DNA of 63,910 bases, the filler included, from Choristocarpus tenellus KU-1152 (lineage: Eukaryota > Protista > Phaeophyceae): NCBI GenBank assembly GCA_964200185.2. It is 10 parts of 10 records of this genome, joined end to end, with 100 filler letters (N's around TTAATTAATTAA, not from the genome) between each part and the next. Parts side by side here need not be neighbours in the genome. Positions count along the whole stretch, not along the records: positions 51,764 to 56,025 come from CAXNAD020015421.1; positions 56,126 to 60,639 come from CAXNAD020014211.1; positions 60,740 to 63,910 come from CAXNAD020021802.1; 7 more parts are not named here. One strand, written 5' to 3'. Position 1 is the first letter of the stretch, and every line of letters begins with the position of its first letter. The notes under the pieces were generated by a model that was not told where the DNA came from, made no database searches, and was given only the letters and a program-made list of their open reading frames with translations. Below are positions 52,232 to 63,910 of this stretch, in pieces. Position numbers and translations under genes: made by a program.

Positions 52232-55200
52232 GAGACGGGGACTAAAGAGACTGCCCAAGACCAGTGCCGCCCGTTCGTGGAAGAAATCCAAAACGGACCA
52301 GATAATGGACCTCTTCCTCTCCATGCTTGTCAACCACAATGGCTCAGAAGAGATGGAAGGAAGCGACCGCACTTGGAACGACCTTGCCTCTTGGTTGTTG
52401 GATGAGAAGAGCAGATTTGCACCGTTGGCAAGTGTGCTGCGAGTTGCGTTGGGTCGGGAACAATGCGAGTCAACGCCTGATCTCCAGGTTTGCACATTCC
52501 TCCAATGCGTAAAGAAAGAACTTAGCACCGATCATACGGGCCAGGTGTACAAATCCGTCCTCGTTGGCATCGCTCCTGATGTCGAAATAGGCGATGGCGG
52601 GGTGACATCCACGTTTCAACCACTTCTGTCTGTCACAGCAAAAAAGTATGACATCAGCATTGGCACACTAAGATCATCCGCCGAAAAACGCACGGAATTC
52701 TTGCGAGACATGCGGCAACAGGCGAGCTCATCCGAATCGACTGCAGATGACGCTGGGGGCTTCTCTCCCAGCTCAAACATACACGTCGCTCACAACTTTA
52801 CTCAAGGCACCGCCCACAGGTATGGAAGTTCGTTTCCCGCAACTACCAACAGTGTTACACACAAAACTTCCCCCCCGGGCGAACACATCCACTGTATATG
52901 TAGAAAACCGTTTAATCACTAACAGAGATGCGCGGATGATCTCTCATATTCTGCCGCACAACCGACACATGCCCCATATCTCCCATCGTTCCTCGCACAA
53001 AACGGCAGACCAAGGGTGTTCGACGTGAGAAGGGACAACTCTTCACGACAGTTCCATGTCTTGTTCCTGATACACATGTTCTGGGTATCACCGTGTGGGA
53101 GAAGCAACAGCACTGCCATGCCCCGCGATCCGGTCACATTTCATGATCCCACCCAGGGAATGCATACTTAGACCCGCATACGAACAAGAAGATTTGCCAT
53201 CCGGATGCACTGTGCCAACAGCATGCTCAGAGGTACTCAACACTAGCGAGTGTCATCCTCACAAATATTGCGCGTATCCACCCTCGACACTTGATGGAGT
53301 AATCACAGTGTAACATTTTCAACCTCCAACAAAACTGTGACATTACACCACATATACACATGGTGCAACCGACGTCACAACAGGTCACAGATTGGCACAG
53401 ATGAGGTCACAACTTCAAGGAGAGATTCAAACAGGAGGGGATCTCAGGACCAATACTCTGTCTGTCAACATTCGTGAAGTGGAGACCGTTCTACATTTCA
53501 AAGGCCACGCCAAGGTATGTGCGGAAATAGAGCCTCTCGTTTTTTTGGATGCACGCTACAGTGGCGACCGGGCAACCCTACGCTTCCTAACCACCACAGG
53601 ATAGCCAGTCACGTAATGCATCATGCCTGTCCACACACAAACCAGGATAACCCACCAACCACATTCCTCCCTCCACTCTCCCGCGCAACACAGATCATGC
53701 GTTTGCATCCACCATATGGCCACCGACCTCCAGGTTCAGTGCTTAAGAGAAAACTGGAAGAAAGTACATGCAAGAATGAGCTTCGCGATGATGGACAACG
53801 CGCTTGCACATGCACATGCGAATTTTGCGACAAAGGCAAAGGATGCGGGTCTAAAGAAGTGGAGACCGCACTCGAAAGTGGTGCTCATTTATTGGCCTTC
53901 CTCTTGTAAGCTTGTCTTCCAAACCACATCCTTGATGTGGCGAATGTGTTGTCGCCACGAGCTGTAATGGTTATCCAAAATAATGAGACCTCTAAAGATA
54001 CATACACCAACGTACACACACCCAAACCGTTTCACTACGTACTCTACGTATGTACTGCAATCACAGCCAGACTCCACCAGTGACGTTCCATCTGCTACTC
54101 AAACATCCACACTGACAACAAAAACCGCTCATGGACTGATCAAAACAAAACAGATGCGACAGGACCGTGCTGGAACCCCTCAGCGAACCGTCCTCTGGTG
54201 GTTCCTTGGGCGGTTTCAAAAATTCATGTGTCGACAGTACATGTTACCTGTGCAACTGGAAATCTCACCTCATGTGGAAGTGCCCTTGTATGTTGGACTC
54301 TCACAGCACCCGTGTCACATGGAACGAGTTCGTCCACGCGTACACCTCGGTGGTAGAGGCGGATCTGCAACAAAATACTTGCCGGGAATTAAAGGCGGGC
54401 CTTATCCAAACACTCACCAACTGATTAAGTTTTGAAGACGAACATGTCCAGTTCCACCCTCACGGCGGGTACAGGACCGACCCAGCAACCTGCGCAATGT
54501 GTCGACCACAGACCCCGGTGTAAACACATCCATACCACACACCCATGATGCAATAAAGTTATAAATATATACCCGCCTACACTGTCACACAGGCGCTGTC
54601 GTCTAGACTTGGCATTGCCACCCCAAGCCGGACCACCAAAGACGACATGATCAAGTTGATCACCGAAAACTATGCGGAGCTGAGGGTGGACAATCTCATG
54701 ACGGACGATTTGATTATCGCTAAGTGCATGGTGGGAGAGTCCGCCCCCGATCTCAGGAGGAACAGGACCGAGGATAACGACGACGAAGACGCCACAGGGC
54801 CCACGGACAAACACAGTCGGAGGTTAAAGGTGAGATCGACATTTTCATTCCAATAATAGTTACGCTGTACATTGCATGTGTCTCACATACGGCGAATTGG
54901 TCAAACAACAGCAGATACTCCCTCCAACAGCACCGTACATAATCAGTTACACCGGAGAACTCAGCCCGAATCACCACGACCTACGACCACCAGCAACAAC
55001 TCCCGATACGCGACGACCTCACCCGTTCCATGTAGGTGCTGTTCCCAAGGACAGAGGGATTCCCCACACTCCTAAAAGTCATACTTGCAAACTTCGAGAA
55101 AAGCTTCTTCCTTCATCACAACACCACCATTTGGCAGGCGCAACAATACAAGCACTGCAAAGCCCGCCTCCCCAAAGGACATGCCGCCATGTCCATGGAC

Positions 55201-55600
55201 TTCAGCGCCCACCTGCAACACAACCACCAGGACTTGACACAACAAGAGTTCTTCAACCTATTCCTTGCGGCGCTTCTGACCATTGTCTGGTGGTTGACGG
55301 ATTTCAGAGAAGAGGGAAACCTTGGGAATTGAAGGGTTTGGACTCACAGCATGACGGTGTGCAGTGAAGAGCCGCCAGGAGACTGGAACTACACGGAGTG
55401 TGCATGCTGGGAACCTCACCTCTAGTGAATACTATCAAGGCAACCAAAACTCAGTACACCTTGAGGGATCCGACACCAGAGGAAGAGGGGCACTATCGCA
55501 AAGGTCACAAGGTTTCTCCCGGGCAGACAATCGTCACAAAGGTAGGCACACTCCACACGACGACCCTCCTCCCCCCCCACCCACAAATTCCGCCTCTATT
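52232..55600 (+). pseudogene. Decayed intron-containing DNA transposase, Sola2-like
   Basis: Spliced LSTFVKWRPFYISKATPR|SCVCIHH, then CTCTCEFC, CVDSTCYLC, and FFLHHNTTIWQAQQYKHCKARLPKGHAAMSMDFSAHLQHNHQDLTQQEFF (cf. H..Q..K..L...DFSENY...Q.E.QS). Frameshift near 53775 and stops are present. Later catalytic residues were not seen. Confidence 0.7.
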
Positions 55601-55981
55601 TACCACTGATGGCGACAACCCCGACACGTACACCCCTCACCCACGTGTATGACAAACACGTAACATATATATATATGTATATATATATCGTTGGAACTTA
55701 TGCCACACCCGTCACTCCCTTCACATCAACACGATGCGTCGTGTGAAGATAACACAATCTGCACTTATGAAAAGACTGCACAGATTGTCCACACACACCT
55801 ACAACCATCACCGCCTTTTCTCTTAGAAGTCTGCCAATCGGTACACTCGCGCAAAAATTACATCTTCCTCTTTTCTTCCCAGCGCCAACGCCGACAATAT
55901 ACTGATCGCTTGTAAGAGGAACACATACCACATACACTACATACACGATTCTCCCCGCCCCCCTGGACTTGATCCATCCTT

Positions 55982-56167
55982 GGGTCAAAGTATGTGGGGG
56001 GGGGTGGGGGGTGGTTTGTAAGGAGNNNNNNNNNNNNNNNNNNNNNNNNNNNNNNNNNNNNNNNNNNNNTTAATTAATTAANNNNNNNNNNNNNNNNNNN
56101 NNNNNNNNNNNNNNNNNNNNNNNNNCAAATGGACAGCCGCAACCCCCCCCCCCTGATACTTTGAGCC
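55982..56167 (+). mobile_element. MITE family A ends on both sides of a spacer
   Basis: GGGTCAAAGTATGTG(n) and CAAATGGACAGCCGC..CCCTGATACTTTGAGCC. Confidence 0.75.
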
Positions 56168-56899
56168 GGAAGAGATTCATGCTCTGTGCAGAGGCTTGTC
56201 ACCTTGTGAATAAGGGTTTTGTGGATGCTTTTCTGAATATATTGCATCCAGTTGTGTGTTGGGTGCACTTATTGGAGAGTGAACTGGAGGTCTAAGTGGG
56301 GGAAAAGACAAGCAGAGAAAAAAGAATCATCATCATATGAGATACAACGGGTGGTTCTGATGCGAAGATCAGAAAACAAAGAAACAAACTTGAATCAATA
56401 TTTGGGACAACTCATATAGCACATACTACGCCCGTATGCTTAACAGATGTCAACTGTTCCGTACTTCCCATGCACCATAAGGTTGTAACGGTAATTGAAG
56501 ATCCTATGATGAAGTATGAATGATGAGAATATGAGTAACGACCAGTACGAATGTGCGAATCAACAGTCAGTGTGAACTAATAAGACTATTGAATCTATGA
56601 CACAAAAGATGAATAGCCTATGTTTTAACACACCGCCATGAATGAATTTCACACCAACAACTCCTTCTGTGGGAATGACATCAATGTAAGGTGCAGTAGC
56701 ACCCGTGGCTGCATCTGATGTCTTGGGTCCTTTTTTCTTTTTCTAGCGTCATCGACAATGACCTGGGTTAAAAAGTCCAGTCAGATCTGTTTGATAACTT
56801 CTCATCACCTTTGGACTCAAACCTCCTCCGCCAAATAAGAATACCTCCGGAGCTCGCAAGTAGAATAGCACATTTCTAAAGCTGCCACTGAGTCTGATA

Positions 56900-58520
56900 T
56901 TTGAAGACCTAATCTCTACAGATGCTTAACAGTAGCAGGGTTCAGATGGCCAGGAATGTTATCCCAGTCATTTTAAATCATGCTTTGAACCTTATTGGTG
57001 TAAGAAGTGTAGGTCCAATGTTCACCTTGAATCACTACGTGAATAGTCTGGAAAGGCCCGCATTGAGTCAATCTTCAGACTGATCTTGAAAGGTCGTCAA
57101 AAGCTCATACTCACAACTGACTCAAAGAATTCTTCTCCTTCAAGTCGCACTACTCCTGTGCTGAAGAGACAGCAAGGTAACTAAGGTAGTCATAGCACAT
57201 CCTCCAGAATCACCTGAATAGGGCCCCCATTAACTCCTTGAACCATTAATAGCATATCTCCTGTTGCCTTAGCCTCGAGGTTGCTCATATTTCCAAAAGT
57301 GGATGAGTGGTTGACTGATCTGGCAGACACTAGATCTCAAAGGCGAGGTGTCAGATGTATATTCTCCCCTGAGTCACACAGGATGGTCACCTTGTTGACT
57401 TTGTTAATCAACGTTTCTTCTCTTCTATTTACTCCCCAATCATTGCGCCTCCTCTAAGTTTGGTTCAATACCCATGGGAAGGTAGAAGTTGTGCGTAGGT
57501 TTTCTTACTGAAGTAAGGAATGATATCCAGGCCATTAGGATTATCACATCAGGTTTATACAAAATAGTCTCCAGCACTACTCTCACTGGCGTCAACATGA
57601 TAAAAACCAGGAAATTTGAGAACCAGAGGCTACAGTGAGTACTCGTTTAACTTTGAAAATGCCACATCCTAGTCCATTCTCTATTCTGTAGCAGTGTTGT
57701 TACTTGACACAGACTTAGTAAGACAAACCAAAGGTCTGGTGACTGTTGGTAGGTTAAGTATAACTTTGCACACAAAATTAACCTTACCTAGGACAGATTT
57801 AAGTTATTTGAGGGTGAGTTTAGGTGATTTAGTGATGGCGTGAACTTGATCTTCATTGATATGAATTCCTAGAGACGGAAAAACGTGACCCAGATAATGT
57901 ATGTACTTCCTTAGGCACAAATTCAATCTTTGACCGTCTTGAGTTAAACCTGCTACTTTTAAAATTTGAACTACTGCTCTTGGACATGCGCATGTCCTTC
58001 CCATGCGTGAGATAAAGCAATCAAATCATTAATGTAAACGAGCGAACTACTAAGCGGACCAAAGTTGGCAAAGGTTAACGTTTTTCACACGACTTATTTG
58101 AAGTTGCTAGGGAGCATTTGATCCCAAACGACATCCTCTCTTGAATCATACTCCCCTCTGGGAGCGACAAAAGCAGTATTATCAATATCAGCTTCAGCAA
58201 CTGGAATGTGCCAAGACTTACCCGTATCAATATGTGATTCCTTATCAGGCATAGGCTAAGTTTGCCTAACAAGATGTTTGTTAGCCCTCAAGGGTTAGTC
58301 TAAAACAGAAATGTGGAGAGCTATCACACTTGGCTATGATGGTAACAGGACAACCCCAAGGGCTTGGCACATGTTTTTCAATGATGCTTTGCTCTTCCAT
58401 GGTGTTAATCACTTCTTGGGTACGGGGTTTACTCTGTATGGGGTCCTATCAACAGGCTCGGTAAAAGGCTCTATGGGAATTCCTACTTCAGGTAGAGTAC
58501 ATTTGCCCAGTTCTGCTGCA
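56900..58520 (-). mobile_element. Highly degenerate Ty3/Gypsy pol remnant
   Basis: Broken frames give PYRVNP, RMSFGIKCSLAT (cf. RMPFGLKNAPAT), LVYINDLI (cf. YIDD) and HYLGHV, with many stops. Lower boundary is approximate. Confidence 0.8.
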
Positions 58521-58669
58521 TTCAACGAAAATACTGATCGGCAACGAGCACACAGGTCTAAGAGTCAAAGTACTAGTATTCACAGGACTAACAGTGTGGG
58601 GTCTAATCAGAAATTGGGTTCAAAGTGGGGAATCACAAGATGTTTCTTGATATGAACCCTATGTGCGGT

Positions 58670-58925
58670 GAGTCAAAGTACACGAGAGGTGTGTAAGGTT
58701 GCATTTTAAGGAAGCTGACAAAATATGCCCAAATTCGTTTTTTGTCCAAATTTGTGTATAATATTCTTAATTATTTCAAAATTTTGAATACAATAGAGAA
58801 ATCAGCACCGTCAAGTCAATTTTAGTACTTCAAAAATAGAAATAAGGGTGAACAGGAAGAGATGAAAAGAGTGGCTTGAAATTCAAAATCGCCAAGACCT
58901 GGGTACCTCTCATTTATATTGGCTT
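58670..58925 (+). mobile_element. Putative third MITE type with the same terminal motif
   Basis: GAGTCAAAGTACACGAGAGG...CCTCTCATTTATATTGGCTT (degenerate inverted ends, AT-rich body). Only one copy is visible. Confidence 0.45.
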
Positions 58926-60407
58926 GGTTGGGTTTGCCAACTGAACCAATACTGATTTAGTTTCACCAAGTACTGAGATTGCAAGCAACAGCGATACAAT
59001 TCCATCCATGAACATCTGAGTTCATTGTGCTGGTCTACCTCAGGCATGGAATGTATAGTTGGCTGCACTACAACGGTATAGAAAGGAACCACTATCACTA
59101 ATTAATTGTGCACCAGGCGATTTCATGCGACCACCTGGAATATTATACTGTTTATATAAACAGACAGGTTAAGGGTCAAAATCAAGTTGCATGCGCACCA
59201 CAGAGCACGAAGGAGTAGGACTTGTTTTGTGGGGCTCCTTGTCATGTTATGTCTTGCTGGAATGGTACACAAGGTGTTGTAGAATGAGAGACGTTCTTGT
59301 CAGTCAAGGATTGCACTGAAGCCCTGCATGATACTATCAAGCAGCATATCGGGACCTAGTTGGGGAATGACTATAGCTTCAACAGATAATATGGTATCAC
59401 AAAGTATAAGTGCAAAACAAATAAATCCATAAATATGCAGTGGATAGTAGTATGAAGATGTGTTGCACCAGGTAGGACAAGATGCACATCAAACCTTTCG
59501 AGTTGAGGGAAATTTAAAAAAATTACTTTTGGAATACACGGCACATCACTTCTTCAGTCAACAGTTAAGTCATCTTTCTCTTCTTCTTATTCTTTGACTG
59601 TGCCAGATATACAAACCCTTTGTGATGAAAAAGATTAAGGTTTTGGAGTGGATTGGTATTTGCAAAAGTAACTGTTGGACCAGGTTTGACTATAATCACA
59701 TTACCTTGGTTAAACTAAAGGAAAGGAAAAATGTTTAGACAAACAAAAGACAATTAACGACACCTGAGGAGCAAGTGGTGTGACTGACGTCAACCTCTGA
59801 CGCTTGTCACCCCCTTTACGATGGTGTCAACTAAACCATGCTCATTCCCAAATGGACAGGAGTCAGACCCATCTTGGGACAAGGACTATAGTGACCAGCA
59901 ACAGGCTGTCTAACATCTCAGTGCTGGTGTTTACGACCCTTCCCCTTCTGACACAAGTACGGCTGACAAGTAGCCTTGGGATTGTTGAGGCGCAAATAAG
60001 TTGAGCAACCATTATGGTTCATTGCCTGGCAATCCTGGTACTTGCATGTCTTGCGTAGTAGAATGATACACGGCTGGTCTATACAATGTCTTTGCAGGGA
60101 TTTCAGGATGTTGATGTGGACGATGGGGCTGGGGCATGGAACGACCAGTAGAATGAGCTGGCGCAGTGCACAGGGGAACCCCCCCCTGTCTTTTGGAACC
60201 CCAACTGTCTCTGGAGAGCCCCCACTGCATTATTTTTATCACTTTTTCACATACATTTTTGAAAACCTACCCTAACCCTGATGCCAATCCCAACTCCAAC
60301 TTTTGTGTTAAATGATGGAGGAGTATAGTGTGCACTGGGGAACTACAACCTCTCAAGGATCCATCAATTTTCACTATTCACACTCTTTTTCGAACAACTA
60401 ACTCTAA

Positions 60408-60639
60408 GAGTCAAAGTACCTTATAGAGGGTAGAGCCGCGTTGCGTCCATTTGGGGGTCAAAATCCAATGTTGCGATTTTGATGTAATTTTGGCTATTGT
60501 GTTTGTTAGGAACTGTCAATATCTATGTTTCGGACAAACATTTTCATAACATACACATTTTACCTACTCTAAAAGATTTTGGAGTAGGAAAATGACATAA
60601 AAACCCCCATGGGAAGTCAAGCCCCAAATGGACAAACAG
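60408..60639 (+). mobile_element. MITE family B, copy 5, truncated by spacer
   Basis: Homologous to 2447-2703. Confidence 0.9.
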
Positions 60640-62208
60640 NNNNNNNNNNNNNNNNNNNNNNNNNNNNNNNNNNNNNNNNNNNNTTAATTAATTAANNNNN
60701 NNNNNNNNNNNNNNNNNNNNNNNNNNNNNNNNNNNNNNNAAAAAACGTAACCAAACTCCCCCCCCCTCCCCCCCCAGTCTAGGACACCTTGGCTCTTGTT
60801 GTTAGTCATGCTGGACTCTCAAAAACCCTCAGGCAAGAAGAGATAGGAGGTTCCTTTGGTAACACAAGCTACAAATAATAAAAAAAACACCAGTCTAATA
60901 ATAATAAAAAACATGCATACAGACAGTGAGGGGGAAGTTCATGAGGTGAATGTATTGCACCGGCTCTATGTCATGTTCTACAATTTTAATCGACGTATTG
61001 CAAAAACTGCAGCGTTGATTAAAATAAAAGACCACGAGGGAAATTATTTATTGCCTTCTTATTTCCATTTTTTTTTGTAACATTTCCCTTGACCCAAAAT
61101 TATTTTCCTATTTTTTAAGATCTTGGTCTGACTCGCAGAGTGATACGCTCGCGAGAATAACAAATGCTCACAATAATAAGAATAATAATATTAATGAAAA
61201 AAAAACATACATATATATATATTTTGGATGAGAATTATCAAGGCTTGTGTGCATATTATACATTACACATACTGAGCACACACATAACACAATCCCATAT
61301 ATTAAATCAAAAGCCTACACGACCCCTCCCCAAACACCCAAAATCTACATAGCCCCTAACCCTAACAAATATAGACCCTGTACCCAGGAGACCCCTTCCC
61401 CCCCCCATGAGCTGCAACAAAAACATCAACGAAAATATCATAGGCGTAGCATTCGTGACACGACTCACGGCAAAGAGTCTCAGGGTTAGGGTTAGGGTTA
61501 GGGGATGTTGCACACAAAAAAGAAGGAAGATAACTATATGTCCGCAAAGAACAGTTACGTCTTAATTTTTTTTCACTGGAAATGTAACCATATCAAACCA
61601 GAAGCAGTTACAACCCCCCCCCCCAAACCTACATACACATACACACAAGTACGCTATCTTCCTCTTCTACCTATTTACCTTTGTATAAAAAAACAGTTGA
61701 CCTGTGTTGATTCTCTTCTGGCGCAAAAAAATCCTTCAACAATGGAAACCCTTCTCTCACTTCCTACTTACACCTGAGTGCAGACATACACTGTAGTAGG
61801 GGTTCATTCATGCCTGGGGAGACCTTCAAGACCTTCAAGCTGGAGATCGTAAAAGCAAACAAGCAATGCCGGTAAGGAGAAAACAAACGCTCTAGATAAT
61901 CTGCTTTAAAAAAAATACAAAAAAACCTCGTGCATTTTGTTGTACATATTATATTATTATCACGGGTGAAGCCAGCGTAAAAAAATAAAACTAAACGAAA
62001 CGTGAGCATGATTTTTTTTTTTTTGTTCTTTCCTGTGTGTCAAATCCCGTGCAATCCCTCTGACAGAACAAGATGCACTATACCATTTATTGAAGTTAAT
62101 TTTTACTATTCCATTATACTATCCATGTTGGCATTGTTCATTATACTATTCCAATTTCTCAAATATCTGTCGCTTCATTACATATCGTAATCCTATCCCT
62201 ACCAACGG

Positions 62209-62362
62209 CCACATATCGTAATCCACCTTGCCCTTTCCTATCCCTCCTCCTTACAAATCTGCATATATATATATATATATATATACCCCCATCCCTACCA
62301 ACGGTCACATATCGTAATCCACCTTGTCCTTTCCTATCCCTCCTCCTTACAAATCTGCATAC
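62209..62362. repeat. Direct duplication of a ~55-70 bp unit separated by (TA)n
   Basis: CACATATCGTAATCCACCTTGYCCTTTCCTATCCCTCCTCCTTACAAATCTGCATA occurs twice. Confidence 0.85.
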
Positions 62363-62949
62363 ACACATATATATATAATATATATATATACCCCTCACCA
62401 GTGATAGGTGAAAAAAAAATAACAAAAGTGTTTGGTAGGATATCGACGAAAGGGTTTTACGCCTACAACGATACGTAGGAGTGATACATCGACACATACC
62501 CTGTTGCACTAAATATACTATTTTTTACCCGGAGGTGTATGAACATGCAAACTATATACACGTATGTAAATATATTTATATACATACATATATATATATA
62601 ATTATTATTCTCCAATGAAAGGAGTAGATCCCCTCCACGACAGCCAGGCCCTAACCCTATCAGTAAGGCACAGTGAGTGTGTGCTAGGAACTAACCCTAA
62701 CCCTATACTCACAACGCAGAACAAAGACGACTGCACACAGTAAAAGCGAAGACGGACATCAAAGTGAAACCCATCCGTGTCAGACTTGGATGCATCTTCC
62801 CCCTCCCTCCCTCCCTCCCTCGATGCGACGTGATGCGATGCGCCTCTTGATTAAAAAGCAAAGGTCTCTTGATATCTGATTCCGATAGACACGTTTGCGA
62901 AGTTGAAATAACCCTACCGTCTATCCGCCTCAAAGAGAGTGTCTCGGAC

Positions 62950-63027
62950 CTTGATGGTTGCTGGACTCCATATCCTCCCCGCCCCGGACAGCCCCATCAG
63001 TACATCAGGTCGAACCTTTGTGACAAC
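62950..63027 (-). CDS. Possible malic enzyme exon
   Basis: AG|VVTKVRPDVLMGLSGAGRIWSPATIK|GT resembles the malic enzyme VKPxVLLGLSGxG segment. No other exons recognised. Confidence 0.45.
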
Positions 63028-63741
63028 CTGACATTGTTGGGGAGTTTCAAGCAGCCCTTACACTTAAACTATGTATATACTGTACTATATATGGGGTGTT
63101 AGGATTAGGGCTACTATTCTGACTGGGGTTGGACCTGGTGATTGGAGAAACAGTGGATGGACTGCAGGATTCGTTGATTAAGAATAAGAATAAGAATAAG
63201 AATAAGAATAACATGAAAGTAGGTGCCTTCGGGGGAACCTCTTGAAAAAATAGGAAGACGTAGGTGCAGAGTTGACGATCAGGGGCTGAGCTTTCTGGGT
63301 TCAAGTTCTTAACCAATGCAACAAGAGAACAAGCTCACTAACATAACTACAATCCAAATACTTTTTTTGGCATGACCCTTGAGTAGTGAGTTACGAAGGG
63401 CTGGGATCAAGTCTCGGCGCATGATTTCGTTTTTTACGCAGAAATATATTGTCACAGATACTTGGTGGAAAGAGAGTGCCTGCAGGCAGAAAGGAGGTAC
63501 AGGAAGTTGATGCGACAAGGCGATAAGGTCGATGCGCACAGCTATTGGGATGGATGAGTGCATTTGCTTTCTTTGAAGGGGGAGTATCTTGAAGTATCTT
63601 TGTATGGTTCTATTCAGTAACACAAAGCACAACTACGTCACCAGCAGCAAAGCTTGTTCACAAGTTGGTAACAACAACAGCAATAACAATACCAAAAGGC
63701 TTTCCTAACATTATTGAGGTGTTAGCGGAGGGGTGGAGTAC

Positions 63742-63784
<43 letters not shown>

Positions 63785-63910
63785 TATATATACCCTCACT
63801 GCTTCAGTGATTAGTGCATGTTCTACTTCCATGTCAATAAGGGTTCATTGCCGTTCTGTCCTGCTCAGGGTCTAAAATTTGATATTAATGATGTAAATTC
63901 ACTAAAAACC

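Noticed and set aside
51764-56025. Single 4.2-kb transposon with CCCC..AGATACTTTG outer TIRs
   Set aside because: TSD-flanked complete MITEs show the opposite polarity, so these are ends of neighbouring MITE copies.
6137-60739. Recurrent TTAATTAATTAA palindrome between N runs
   Set aside because: Identical 100-bp artificial spacer with stops in all frames; not biological.

Overview
Fragmented, intron-rich eukaryotic genomic DNA, most likely a brown alga or related ochrophyte. This is inferred from GT-AG introns, TTAGGG repeats and a bipartite plastid-targeting signal. The window is 10 pieces joined by nine artificial 100-bp N44-TTAATTAATTAA-N44 spacers, so adjacency across spacers is unproven. 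Most listed ORFs are spurious or single exons. Spliced partial genes reconstructed by eye: ARP6, GH37 trehalase, a plastid-targeted PebB-type bilin reductase, a DEP-domain/STAND-type NTPase, an LRR (FBXL/AMN1-like) protein, DGAT2, a TMEM143/DUF3754 protein, a low-complexity unknown gene and a possible malic-enzyme exon. Mobile DNA: a decayed, intron-containing Sola2-like transposase, at least two MITE families sharing G(A/G)NNCAAAGTATCT ends, and a decayed Ty3/Gypsy pol. Most notable: (1) short (TTAGGG)n tracts are scattered through the window and replace the telomere-like TTAGAGGG motif at 3 of 9 visible ends of one MITE family, suggesting ongoing telomeric-repeat insertion, possibly also into a coding exon; (2) a candidate transposase plus multi-MITE system; (3) a DEP domain immediately before the Walker-B region of a STAND NTPase.
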